Shown piece by piece: positions 52,601 to 62,636 of a stretch of 64,000 nucleotides of DNA. Under the pieces are notes generated by a model. It was given only the letters and a program-made list of their open reading frames with translations, was not told where the DNA came from and made no database searches. Source of the stretch: Candidatus Eiseniibacteriota bacterium (GTDB lineage: Bacteria > Eisenbacteria > RBG-16-71-46); assembly GCA_963744995.1 (NCBI GenBank), contig CAVUWA010000002.1, positions 160,001 through 224,000 of the forward strand, read 5' to 3'. Both the position numbers and the translations under genes were made by a program. Within the stretch, counting starts at the first letter, position 1, and each line of letters opens with the position of its first letter.

Positions 52601-55600
52601 GGTGAACGGGATCAACTTCAACAGCTCGGGGGTGCTGACGATCGAGTCGGGACTCGCGATCCACGGCGGGCGGGGCACGGTCGGCACCAACGTGGGGGGA
52701 CGCGGGCTGGTGCTGCGGGCGCCGGTGACGGCGGAGGTGTCCGGGCAGGAGATCACGATCTACGGGGACTCGCTGCTGATCGAGGCGCCGGTGACGGCGG
52801 TGAACGGCGGGAACCTGCAGCTGGACGGGCCGATGGCGGTGCGGGCGAAGGCGTCGGTCGCGGGCGGCGGAACGCTGCAGCTGGGCGGCGGGTTCGTGAA
52901 CGAGGACACGCTGTTCGCGGGGGTGGGGAGCACGCTGGATGTGAACAACGGCTGGCACAACGCGGGGGCGATCCGCTCGGACAGCGCGACGGTGCAGCTG
53001 GGCGGGACGTTCACGTGGCCGGACGTGGGGGACTTCGTGCGCTCGGGCGGCACAGTGATCGTGGACGGGACGCTGGACAACACGGGGAACGGGCTCGTGC
53101 TGGACGGGAACACGGGGACGTGGGTGCTGTCGGGCGGAACGATCGTGGGCGGGAGCATTGAGCCGGGGCTCGCGGGCGCGGAGCTGCGCTACGGCGGCAA
53201 CTCGACGCTGAACGGGGTGACGGTGAACACCGACATGAACATGTCGGAGAACTACTCGCTGACGGTGACCCTGGTGAACGGGCTGACGCTGAACGGGACG
53301 GCGACGATGGGGGCGGCGGGGAGCTACGGCCGGTTCCTGGTCAACAACGACATGACGATCGATGGGACGGGCGAGATCGTGCTCGGCAACGCCAGCACGG
53401 TGAGCGGCATTACGCCGAACTCGAATGTGGACATGACGATCGAGTCCGGGATCACGATTCACGGCGGGCGGGGAACGATCGGGGCGAACGTGTCCGGCCG
53501 GACGGTCACCAACCGCGGCACCGTGCGCGCGGACTCGGCGGGCATCGCCCTCACGCTCTCCGGCTTCCTCGTGGACCAACGAGGGCGCGGTCGATCGCAG
53601 GGCCGGGCGTCATCGACAACGACGCGCCGATCGTCAGCACCGGCCTCGTCCGGGTCGACAGCGCCGGCACCTGGTCTGGCTCGGGCAGCCTGACCCAGGA
53701 CGACGGCGCCACCATCGTGGCTGCCAACGGCACGTTCGCGCGGCCGTTCACGATGAACGGCGGCACGCTGTCCGGCGGCGGAACGATCACGGGCGACGTC
53801 ACCGTCAACGGCGGCACGATCGCCCCGGGCGCCTCGCCCGGAACGCTCACCGGTTCGACGACGCTCGACCAGAGCGACGGCGCGCTGGCCGTGGAGATCG
53901 CGGGCGCCGATCCCGCCGACTACGACCGGCTCGCATTCGGCACCAGCGCGGCGCTGGCCGGCTCTCTCGGCGTCGGCTTCCTCGACGGCTTCATCCCGGC
54001 GATCGGCGACACGTTCACGCTGGTGAGCGCACCGGCGGTCGCGGGGCAGTACGCGCCCGTCGCGCTGCCGTACATGACGTCTTCCGAGCGCTGGCTCGTG
54101 GATCCGGCGGCCGACGCCTACCGGCTGATCGTCGAGTACAACCCGCCACCCACCGCGATGTGCCACGACACCACGCTGGTGTCGGGCCTCGACTGCGAGG
54201 CCGACGTCACCGCGGCCGCGATCGATGCCGGCACCACCGAACCCAACGGCGATCCGTTCACGATCGCGCTCGACCCGCCGGGGCCGTACGCGATCGGCAC
54301 GCACATGGTGAACTTCATCGCCACCGACAGCCTGGGCGCGGCCGACACCTGCGTGACGACCATCACCGTGACCAACGCCGCGCCGATCATCGCGGCGCGC
54401 GACACCACGCTGATGTCGAACGGGGCCTGTGAGGCGCTCGTCACGGCGGCGGACCTCGACTCCGGAACGGTGGACCCCGAGGGCCAGACCGTGTCCCTGG
54501 CGCTCGATCCGGAAGGCCCGTACGCGATCGGCGTGCACGACGTGCTGTTCATCGCCACCGACGCCTGCGGCGCCGCGGATACCGCCCACGTCACCATCAC
54601 CGTGACGAACCTGGCGCCCGTCGCGATGGCCGCCGATACCATGCTGATCTCGAACGCCGCCTGCGAGGCGAACATCACGGCGGCCGACATGGACCTAGGC
54701 ACGACGGATCCCGAAGGCCAGTCGTTTTCGCTGGTGCTCGAGCCTGCGGGTCCCGTACGCGATCGGTGCGCACGCGGTGGACTTCATCGCCACCGACGCC
54801 TGCGGCGCGGCGGACACGCTGCACCTGACGATCACGGTGACCAACCTGGCGCCGGTCGCCGCGGCGGCCGACACCACGCTGCTGTCCGATGCCGCGTGCG
54901 AGGCCAATATCACCGCGGGTGATCTCGATCTCGGCACGGCAGACCCCGAGGGTCAGCCGTTCTCTCTGACGCTCGAGCCGGCCGGCCCGTACGCGCTCGG
55001 CGCGCACGCGGTGGACTTCATCGCCACCGACGCCTGTGGCGCGGCGGACACGCTGCACCTGACGATCACGGTCACGAACCCGCCGCCGGTCGCGGCCGCG
55101 CACGACACGACGCTCGTGGGCCCGCCGCCGACCTACGCGGCCGACGTCACGCCGACCGTCGCTCGATCAGGGCTCAAGCGATCCCGCAGGCCAGGCGCTG
55201 ACGTTCGCGCTGGAGCCGGCCGGCCCGTATCGCGCTCGGCGTTCAACGTGGTGAACTTCATCGCGAACGACGCATGCGGTGCGTCCGACACGGTGCAGGT
55301 GACGATCACGGTCGCGAACCAGCCGCCGATGGCGATGTGCAACGACACCACGCTCGTCGCCAACGCGTCGTGCGAAGGCGACGTCACGCCGGAAGGGCAT
55401 CGACGACGGATCGGCCGATCCCGAAGGCGGCGCGCTGACGTTCGAACTGGTGCCGCCGCCGCCGTACGCGATCGGCGTGCACGACGTGCTGTTCATCGCC
55501 ACCGACGGACTCGGTAACGCCGACACCTGTCAGTCGGAGATCGCGGTGATCGATCATCCGCCGGTCGCGCAGGCGCGCGACACGACCGTCGCCGGCGTGC

Positions 55601-56577
55601 CGCCGTCGTACACGGCGAACGTCACGGCCGTCGACGTGGACAGCATGACGTACGACCCGGACGGGCAGGCTTTCACGCTGGCGCTCGAGCCGGCCGGCCC
55701 CTACGCGCTCGGCGTCCATCCGGTGCTGTTCATCGCCACCGACGACTGCGGTTTCGCCGACACCACGCAGATCACGATCGCGGTGATCAACAACCCGCCG
55801 GTCGCGATGGCGCGCGACTCCACGCTGCTGGTGGTGGTGGACTCGTGCAAGGTCGGGATGGACGCCGATTCGCTGGACGACGGCAGCTACGATCCGGAGG
55901 GCGGCATGCTCACGCTGACCCTCGATCCGCCGCCGCCGTACGACATCGGCATCCATCCGGTGAACTTCATCGCGACGGACGACGTCGGCGCCGCCGACAC
56001 GACGCAGATCACGATCACGGTATTCGACACGAAGCCGGTGGCGATGGCGGTCGCACAGCTGATGCTGGATGGCGACTCGCTGACCTGCGAGGCGTCCGCG
56101 CCGGCCTCGGCGTTCGACGACGGTTCGAGCGACGCCGACGGCCATGCGCTGATCTTCACCGCCGAGCCGTCGTCGCCCTATCCATACGGGATGACCGACG
56201 TCATGCTCATCGTCAGCGACGGCTGCCTGAGCGACACGGTCATGACCCAGGTCGTGGTGGACTGCGCGCTGGCCGGGACCGATGACGTCGATCTGCCCCT
56301 GCAGTTCGCCGTCGGCAATGCCGTTCCCAATCCGTTCGGCGGCACGACCCGCATCCGGCTCTCGCTGCCCGAGGGGCGGCACGTGCGCGCGCAGGTGTTC
56401 GACGTCGCCGGGCGCCGTATCGCGGATCTCGTCGATCGGCGTATGGAGGCGGGCTACCGCGACATCGCATGGGACGGGCGCGGGGACGATGGCCGGCTCG
56501 CCGGGGTCGGGGTTTACATGATCCGCGTGCAGGCGGGGCGTGACATGATCGTGAGGCGGGCGATCCGCGTGCGCTGA
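49643..56577 (+). CDS. Giant (about 2300 aa) repeat surface protein: beta-helix-like repeats, HYR-like repeats and FlgD-Ig/T9SS-like tail; broken by many single-base indels as assembled
   Basis: ATG after AGGAGGA; N-terminal W...GDWNNPANWSG..VP..DDVVID; continuous homologous content across frame-switching ORF fragments; APGASPG...YDRL...GF.P..GDTF domain; tail PNPFGG...VFDVAGRRI...WDGRGDDG...GVYMIR. Confidence 0.8.
49960..53480 (+). repeat. About 4.5 tandem ~800-bp (~267 aa) coding repeats
   Basis: Anchor GGGACGCTGGACAACACGGGG at 50648, 51461, 52268 and 53067 (spacings 813, 807, 799); last copies near-identical in DNA. Confidence 0.9.
54140..56260 (+). repeat. Nine tandem ~234-240-bp HYR/Ig-like repeats
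   Basis: Unit P.A...DTTL....C.A.VT...D.G..DP.G....L.L.P.GPY..G.H.V.FIATD..G.ADT....ITV starting near 54141, 54373, 54607, 54843, 55077, 55317, 55552, 55792 and 56027. Confidence 0.88.
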
Positions 56578-56680
56578 CCGGCACGCGGTGCGGGCCGCAG
56601 CCCGCCCGTTCATTGAAGGTGGCGTCGTCGCGGGGCCGCACGCGACGGCGCCGCCGGCATCAGCACCAGAGGGGGCACAC

Positions 56681-59020
56681 ATGACCACACGTTCGCTGGC
56701 GAGGCTGTTCGCGGCGCTGTGCTGTGCGGCGCCGTTTTGCACCGCGGGGCCGGCGGCCGCCGCGGTCACGCCCGGGCCGAGCTTCCAGTTCGGGCCGCTG
56801 CCTGCGCCGGAGCACGGCGCGGTCTGGGAGATGGCAATTCCGATCGAGGGCACCGATGCGGTGCTCGAAACAGCCGACGACCGGCTGTCCCTCGTCCCCG
56901 CGCCGGCGGGTGATCGCACCTGGCTGGTGTTCGCGGCGCGCCGCATCGGTCCGCTGAGCGCATTGCTGCGCGTGCGCGACGCGGGCGGGCACGCGCGTGC
57001 CGTCGCGGTCGCCGGCGAGGTCGTGCCGCGCGCCGCGTTCCGGGGCTTCCTGCTGCGCGGCGCCACGCCGGGCGCTGCGATCGAGCGCTACGTGCGCGCC
57101 GCCGGCCGTCCGATCGGCGCGCTGAGGATCCCGGGCGCGACGGTCGCCGCTGCCGACGGCGCGTCGGGATGGACGCATCTTCGCGTCCGGCTCCCGGCCG
57201 GGATGGGCGAATCCGACGGCACCCTCGAAGCGGACGGACGGACGCTGCCGGTGCACGCGTCGCTGCTCGAGTCCATCACCGTCGCGGGATCGATCCTGCT
57301 GGACCCGGATTTCGAGCCCGCGCGTCTCAGAGCGATCGATGAGGATCTGCAGGGCTCACGCATGAGCGGCCGCATCGGCGTACTGGGGCGGCGCGGCGAC
57401 AAGTGGCAGCTGCGCATGCTGCAGGCCGTGCCGGACGGCCCGACGGTCACGTTCTCGAGCCGTGGTTTCCAGGACGTCGCGCCGGTCGGCACGGCCGGCG
57501 AGCTCGCGCATCTCACGCGTCTCCATCACCTGGGCGGCGAAGCGACGGGCGAACGTTTCCTCGCGCTCACGCCGGGACGGGCGTCGATCGTGAACCCGGT
57601 TTCCGGCGTGCTCGCGCGATACGCCGACGCCCGCATGTCGCGTATCGCCGCGGCGCGTCAGAGTCGGCTCGACGAGAACCGCATCTACGCGATCACCGGC
57701 AACGGCGACGGCGAATGGTTCCTGTCCGGCCTGCAGGCGCGCCGCACGAACGGTATCGTCGAAATCACGCGCACGCGCTACACGCCGTCGCTGCAATCGT
57801 TCCTGGGCGCGCGCGAGCTGCTGGTCGGTGACATCGGCAGCATCGTGTACCCGCGCGTCAACGGGCTGCGTGAGAACCTGCTCGTCACCGTCGGTAATCA
57901 GAGCGGGGATCTGAACCTCGTGGAGCTCGAGCCTAGCGGCGCGACGGTGAGCGCCACGCCGCGCTACGGGATGCAGGTCGTCGATCCTCGGCAGCTGCCC
58001 GCCGTGCAGATGGACGTGCTGCCCACGCGGCTCGGCGCGTACGGGTTGCCGGCGCGGGTGCGGGTCAACGTGCCCGGGCAGGAGGTGCGCGTGCTGCAGG
58101 TAGACGCCCCCGGAAGCTGGAGCGTGCTCGGTCGTGAGGTGCTCGGCGTCCCGCTCCTGGCGGCGGGCGTCGCGCTGCGCGCGCAGCACTTCATGATCAC
58201 GGGCCCCGACGGCCAGGGCGGCGGACAGTTGCTGCGTTACCGCTACGATCCGATGCAGGACCTGCTGATCGGGCAGGCGAGCGGCGCCACGACGGCAGCG
58301 CCGCTCGACTACCTCGCCTCCGCACGCGGCGAGCACTCGTGGCTGCTCGGACGCGACGCGTTGACCGGACGCGGCACCGTTCAGCTGCTCACCAACGGGC
58401 TGCCCGCCGGGACCGATCACCCGCCGGTGGTGAACGCCGGCCCCGACGTCGAGACGACCGTCAGCCGCGTGTATCTGATTGCGGACGCGGAGGACGCCGA
58501 CGGCGATCCGGTCGCCGTGCGCTGGTACGGAACCGGCGTCGAGTTCACGGACCGCTTCGCCCGCTTCACCACCGCGCGGGTGCCGCGCGGCACGTCGCGC
58601 ATCATGGTGCGTGCGCGTTCGGCCGCCACGGCCGCGTCCGCTCCGGGCGCGGCGCAGGGCACCGGCGCGCTCACCGACGCCGACGTGGTCGTCGTGCACT
58701 ACGGCGACGTCACGGCCGTCGGCCCGGAGGGCCCGGGCCGGCTGGCGACCGCCATCGGGCGCCCCGAACCCAACCCGTCGAGCGCCCGCACGCGGATTCC
58801 GTTCACGCTCGCCGGCCGCGCGCACGTGCGGGTGGAGGTGTTCGACCTGCACGGCCGCAGGCTGCGGACGCTGGTGGATGCGGACCTCGACGCCGGGGGC
58901 CACGACGCGGTCTGGAACGGCGAGGACGCGGCCGGCGTGCGCGCCGCTGCGGGCGTCTACTTCGCCCGCTTGACCGCCGGCGCCCGCACGTACGAACGGC
59001 GGATCGTGTTCGCGCGATGA
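56681..59020 (+). CDS. Secreted hypothetical protein with PKD/REJ-like domain and FlgD-Ig/T9SS-like tail
   Basis: GAGGGGG RBS; signal peptide; HPPVVNAGPD...DADGDP...W; tail PNPSSARTRIPF...VFDLHGRRL...WNGEDAAG...AGVYFAR. Confidence 0.8.
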   Translation: MTTRSLARLFAALCCAAPFCTAGPAAAAVTPGPSFQFGPLPAPEHGAVWEMAIPIEGTDAVLETADDRLSLVPAPAGDRTWLVFAARRIGPLSALLRVRDAGGHARAVAVAGEVVPRAAFRGFLLRGATPGAAIERYVRAAGRPIGALRIPGATVAAADGASGWTHLRVRLPAGMGESDGTLEADGRTLPVHASLLESITVAGSILLDPDFEPARLRAIDEDLQGSRMSGRIGVLGRRGDKWQLRMLQAVPDGPTVTFSSRGFQDVAPVGTAGELAHLTRLHHLGGEATGERFLALTPGRASIVNPVSGVLARYADARMSRIAAARQSRLDENRIYAITGNGDGEWFLSGLQARRTNGIVEITRTRYTPSLQSFLGARELLVGDIGSIVYPRVNGLRENLLVTVGNQSGDLNLVELEPSGATVSATPRYGMQVVDPRQLPAVQMDVLPTRLGAYGLPARVRVNVPGQEVRVLQVDAPGSWSVLGREVLGVPLLAAGVALRAQHFMITGPDGQGGGQLLRYRYDPMQDLLIGQASGATTAAPLDYLASARGEHSWLLGRDALTGRGTVQLLTNGLPAGTDHPPVVNAGPDVETTVSRVYLIADAEDADGDPVAVRWYGTGVEFTDRFARFTTARVPRGTSRIMVRARSAATAASAPGAAQGTGALTDADVVVVHYGDVTAVGPEGPGRLATAIGRPEPNPSSARTRIPFTLAGRAHVRVEVFDLHGRRLRTLVDADLDAGGHDAVWNGEDAAGVRAAAGVYFARLTAGARTYERRIVFAR

Positions 59021-60378
59021 GCGCGCTGTCCAGGCGGCGCTTCCTCGCGATCGGAGCCGCGGGGGCCGCCGGACTGGCGTTCCAGGGGCCGGCCCGCGCG
59101 TTCGCCGCCCTGGGCGCCCGCGGCGCGCCGATGCCCGAGTACGCCGGGAGCCTCGACGAACTGCTGGTGGTGTTCGATCAGAGTCGCTCGCTCCACCTCA
59201 TGCGCGAGATCGTGGAGATCCTGCGCCACGCACCCGGCGCGAAGCTGCACGTGCTGGTGTCGCGCGCACTCGAGGCCGAGGCCCGCGAGCGCTTCGCGGC
59301 GCATGGCCTCCGCGACGCCGCGTTCCTGCCCTCCGATGCCGGCGGCGTGTCGGGCGACTGGGGGCGCGACATCCTGCAGGTTGCACGCGATCCGGACGGC
59401 ACCCGCGTCGTGCACGTGCCGTGGAACAAGGCGGGTCGCACGCGCGCAGCGCTGGAGCGGGGCGTCCGCGAACTGGCCGGGCTCGCGCGCGACGACCTGC
59501 GGGTCAGACTGCTGCCCGCGGCGTGGGAGGGCGGCAATCTGATGACCGACCGTGCCGCGGACGGCCACGGCGTGCTGTTCGCCGGTTCGACGATTGCGGT
59601 CGAGACGACGGCACTCTACCGGCGCTGGTACGATGCGACGATCGACGCGGACGAGGTCGCGCGCCTGATGGGCGAGGCGCTCGGCTGCGACGAAGTGGTG
59701 TGGATCGGACCGCGCGACCGGGCGGGGCGCCTGCAACGCCAGCCGCGCCTGCTGTTCCACGTCGACATGGGGATGACCCTGATCGCACCGGGGGTCGCCG
59801 TGGTCGCGCGACTCGATCCCGGCGCGAGGTGGCGGGTGCCGCACCGCGACGTGCTGGCGCGCGAACTGGCATGGACCCGCGCGGCGGTCGAGCGCCGGCG
59901 CCTGGCGGGACGCCCGGAGGCGCCGCTGCCGGCCCTGCCCGATTCGGGCGCCGAGGCGGCATGGCTCGACGCCGCCGTCGATGCCGAGAACGAAGCGCTC
60001 GCGGCGGCGGCCGCGCATCTCGAGCACACGGCGCGGATCCTCGCCACGCGTGGTCACACGGTGCATCGCGTCACGACCGGGCCGGAACGGGCGCGGCGCT
60101 TCCAGTCGTACACCAACGTCATCCCGTCGCGCGACCGGCTGATCGTCCCGATCTATCCGTCGGTCGAGCGCGTGCACGGCTGGGTCGTGCCCGGCCCGAA
60201 CGGGCGCGACCGGGTCGACGTGGACCCGGGAATCGAGGACAGCGACTTCGATCTGGCGGACGCCAATCTGGCGGCGGTCGAGCTCTACCGCTCTCTCCAT
60301 CCCGGCGTGCGCGTCGTGCGCGACTATTTCTACATGGCGAGCGGCAACGCGCACTGCGTGATCGGGCGCCTGAGCTGA
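59017..60378 (+). CDS. Tat-exported agmatine/peptidylarginine deiminase-family (pentein) enzyme
   Basis: ATGA coupling; SRRRFL twin-arginine signal; WGRD, EGGN, FHVD, SYTN and C-terminal GNAHC catalytic motifs. Confidence 0.8.
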   Translation: MSALSRRRFLAIGAAGAAGLAFQGPARAFAALGARGAPMPEYAGSLDELLVVFDQSRSLHLMREIVEILRHAPGAKLHVLVSRALEAEARERFAAHGLRDAAFLPSDAGGVSGDWGRDILQVARDPDGTRVVHVPWNKAGRTRAALERGVRELAGLARDDLRVRLLPAAWEGGNLMTDRAADGHGVLFAGSTIAVETTALYRRWYDATIDADEVARLMGEALGCDEVVWIGPRDRAGRLQRQPRLLFHVDMGMTLIAPGVAVVARLDPGARWRVPHRDVLARELAWTRAAVERRRLAGRPEAPLPALPDSGAEAAWLDAAVDAENEALAAAAAHLEHTARILATRGHTVHRVTTGPERARRFQSYTNVIPSRDRLIVPIYPSVERVHGWVVPGPNGRDRVDVDPGIEDSDFDLADANLAAVELYRSLHPGVRVVRDYFYMASGNAHCVIGRLS

Positions 60379-60400
60379 ACCGCGGAGCGCGCCGCGCGTT

Positions 60401-60428
60401 TTGCGACCATCCGCAAACCCGATAATCT
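60401..60428 (+). promoter_or_regulatory. Candidate sigma70 promoter of the pepT cluster
   Basis: TTGCGA-N16-TAATCT about 105 nt upstream of pepT, directly after a short hairpin plus T-tract. Confidence 0.3.
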
Positions 60429-60533
60429 GATCCGGATCGACGTGCATCTCCGGCACCGGCTACACCGGATCCGTCCCGTCGCAGGACGGTGACGCCGGCC
60501 GCCGCTTTCCCACGACGCCGAGGGGCTGCTCCC

Positions 60534-61787
60534 ATGACGCTACCGGTACCTGCCAAGACCAGCGTGGTCGAGCGGTTTCTGCGCTACGTCACCTACGACA
60601 CGCAGTCGAGCATGACGTCCTCGAGCTATCCGAGCACCGAGAAGCAGCTCGTGCTGCTCGACCTCCTGGCGAAAGAACTGGGTGAGATCGGCGTGAAGGA
60701 CGCGGCGCGCGACCCGCACGGCTACGTGACGGGGACCATTCCCGCCACGACGCCGAAGGCCGACGTGCCGGTGATCGGCCTGCTCGCGCACGTGGACACC
60801 TCGCCCGAGACGAGCGGCAGGGACGTGAAGCCGATCGTGCACCGGAACTGGCAGGGCGGCGACATCGTGCTGCCCGACGACCCGTCCATCGTGCTGCGGC
60901 CCGCGGACATTCCGAACCTGCGCGAGCAGATCGGCAACGACATCATCACCGCGTCCGGCACGACGCTGCTCGGCTCCGACAACAAGTCGGGCGTCGCCGA
61001 GATCATGGCCGCCGCGGAGTTCCTGCTCGCGCACCCGGAGATTCCGCACGGCACGATCCGCATCGGATTCACGCCAGACGAGGAAATCGGCCGCGGCGTC
61101 GAGTACTTCGACGTGAAGGCCTTCGGCGCCGCCTACGGCTATACGCTCGATGCCGCGGGCCGCGGCACGCTGGAGATCGAAACGTTCTCGGCGGACTCGA
61201 TGCGCGTGACGTTCGAGGGCGTAAACGCGCACCCGGGCTTTGCGAAGGGCCGCATGACGAACGCGATCAAGGTGATGGCTGACTTCGTCTCGCGCCTGCC
61301 GCGCGACCTGTCGCCGGAGCGCACCGAAGGCCGCGAGGGCTTCGTGCATCCGATGGTCGCCGAAGCGTCGGTGGAGAAGGCCAGCGTGCTGTTCATCATC
61401 CGCGACTTCGTGACCGCCGAGCTGGCCCGCAAGGAGGACCTGCTGCGCGGTCTGGCGCGCGAAGCGGCGGCGGCCTGGCCGGGGGCGCAGGCGACGTTCG
61501 AGGTGCAGGAGGCCTATCGCAACATGAAGGACGTGCTCGATCACCATCCGCAGGCGGTGGAGAACGCGCGCGAGGCCATCCGCCGCGCCGGGCTCGAGCT
61601 GCGTGAGTCGGCGATCCGCGGCGGCACGGACGGCTCCAAGCTCAGCTTCATGGGCCTGCCGACGCCGAACGTCTTCGCTGGCGAGAACAACTTCCATTCG
61701 AGGTACGAATGGGTATCGGCGCAGGACATGGAGAAGGCGGTGGAGACGATCGTCCATCTGTGCCGCGTGTGGGAGGAGCGCGCATGA
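60534..61787 (+). CDS. pepT: Peptidase T (M20B tripeptidase)
   Basis: AHVDTS, TTLLGSDNKSG, FTPDEEIGRG, HPGFAKG, IRGGTDG, NFHSRYEW. Confidence 0.95.
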   Translation: MTLPVPAKTSVVERFLRYVTYDTQSSMTSSSYPSTEKQLVLLDLLAKELGEIGVKDAARDPHGYVTGTIPATTPKADVPVIGLLAHVDTSPETSGRDVKPIVHRNWQGGDIVLPDDPSIVLRPADIPNLREQIGNDIITASGTTLLGSDNKSGVAEIMAAAEFLLAHPEIPHGTIRIGFTPDEEIGRGVEYFDVKAFGAAYGYTLDAAGRGTLEIETFSADSMRVTFEGVNAHPGFAKGRMTNAIKVMADFVSRLPRDLSPERTEGREGFVHPMVAEASVEKASVLFIIRDFVTAELARKEDLLRGLAREAAAAWPGAQATFEVQEAYRNMKDVLDHHPQAVENAREAIRRAGLELRESAIRGGTDGSKLSFMGLPTPNVFAGENNFHSRYEWVSAQDMEKAVETIVHLCRVWEERA

Positions 61788-62611
61788 GCGAGGCGCTGCG
61801 GCTGCTCGCCGTTCTCGCGCACCCCGACGACGAGTCGCTGGGCTTCGGCGGCACGCTGGCGAAGTACGCGGCCGAAGGGGTCGAGACGCACCTGGTCACG
61901 GCGACGCACGGCCAGAGCGGCCGTTTTCGCGGTCATGTTCCGGGTTCGCCGGAACACCCCGGCATGGAGAAGCTCGCGGAGATCCGCGAACGCGAACTCA
62001 CCGCCGCGGCCGATGCGCTGGGCATCCGCAGCACGGCGCTGCTCGGCTACGTGGACAAGCAGCTCGACGCCGCGCCGCCGCGCGAGGTCATCGGCCGCGT
62101 GGTCGCGCAGGTGCGGCGCATTCGGCCGCACGCCGTGGTGACGTTCGACCCCGAGGGCGGCTACGGCCACCCGGATCACATCGCCATCTCGCAGATCACG
62201 GCCGCCGCGCTGATCGAAGCCGCGAACCCGGCCTATCGCGGCGAAGGCGCCCACCTTGCTCCGCACGCGGCCGCGAAGCTCTACTACATCGCCTGGCCGC
62301 AACCGGCGTGGGACGCCTACGAGGCGGCGTTCCGGAAGATGGTGTCGCACGTGGACGGCGTGGAACGCCAGGGCAGCCCGTGGGCCGACTGGGCGATCAC
62401 GACGGTGATCGACACGCGTGAACACTGGAACACGGTGTGGAAGGCGGTCTCCTGCCACGAGTCGCAGATTACCGCCTACGAAAAGCTCGGCTCGCTGTCG
62501 CCCGAGCACCACGAAGCGCTGTGGGGCTGGCAGTCGTACTACCGCGTGTTCAGCACGGTGAACGGCGGGCGCGCGAAGGAAACCGATCTCTTCGAGGGAC
62601 TGCGCGGCTGA
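61784..62611 (+). CDS. PIG-L/LmbE-family N-acetyl deacetylase
   Basis: AHPDDES and GGYGHPDH metal motifs, HESQ; ATGA coupling to pepT. Confidence 0.9.
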   Translation: MSEALRLLAVLAHPDDESLGFGGTLAKYAAEGVETHLVTATHGQSGRFRGHVPGSPEHPGMEKLAEIRERELTAAADALGIRSTALLGYVDKQLDAAPPREVIGRVVAQVRRIRPHAVVTFDPEGGYGHPDHIAISQITAAALIEAANPAYRGEGAHLAPHAAAKLYYIAWPQPAWDAYEAAFRKMVSHVDGVERQGSPWADWAITTVIDTREHWNTVWKAVSCHESQITAYEKLGSLSPEHHEALWGWQSYYRVFSTVNGGRAKETDLFEGLRG

Positions 62612-62636
62612 CCGCCGCAGGAAAGGATGTGGCGTC

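Noticed and set aside
50650..56260. Tandem repeats as CRISPR array or DGR template/variable repeats
   Set aside because: Units are long coding domains without spacers; no cas or reverse transcriptase gene and no clear adenine-specific mismatch pattern seen
57989..58010. 'QLPAVQ' resembling the LPAVQ motif of prepilin/DUF1559 proteins
   Set aside because: Isolated internal match with no N-terminal methylation or pilin signal
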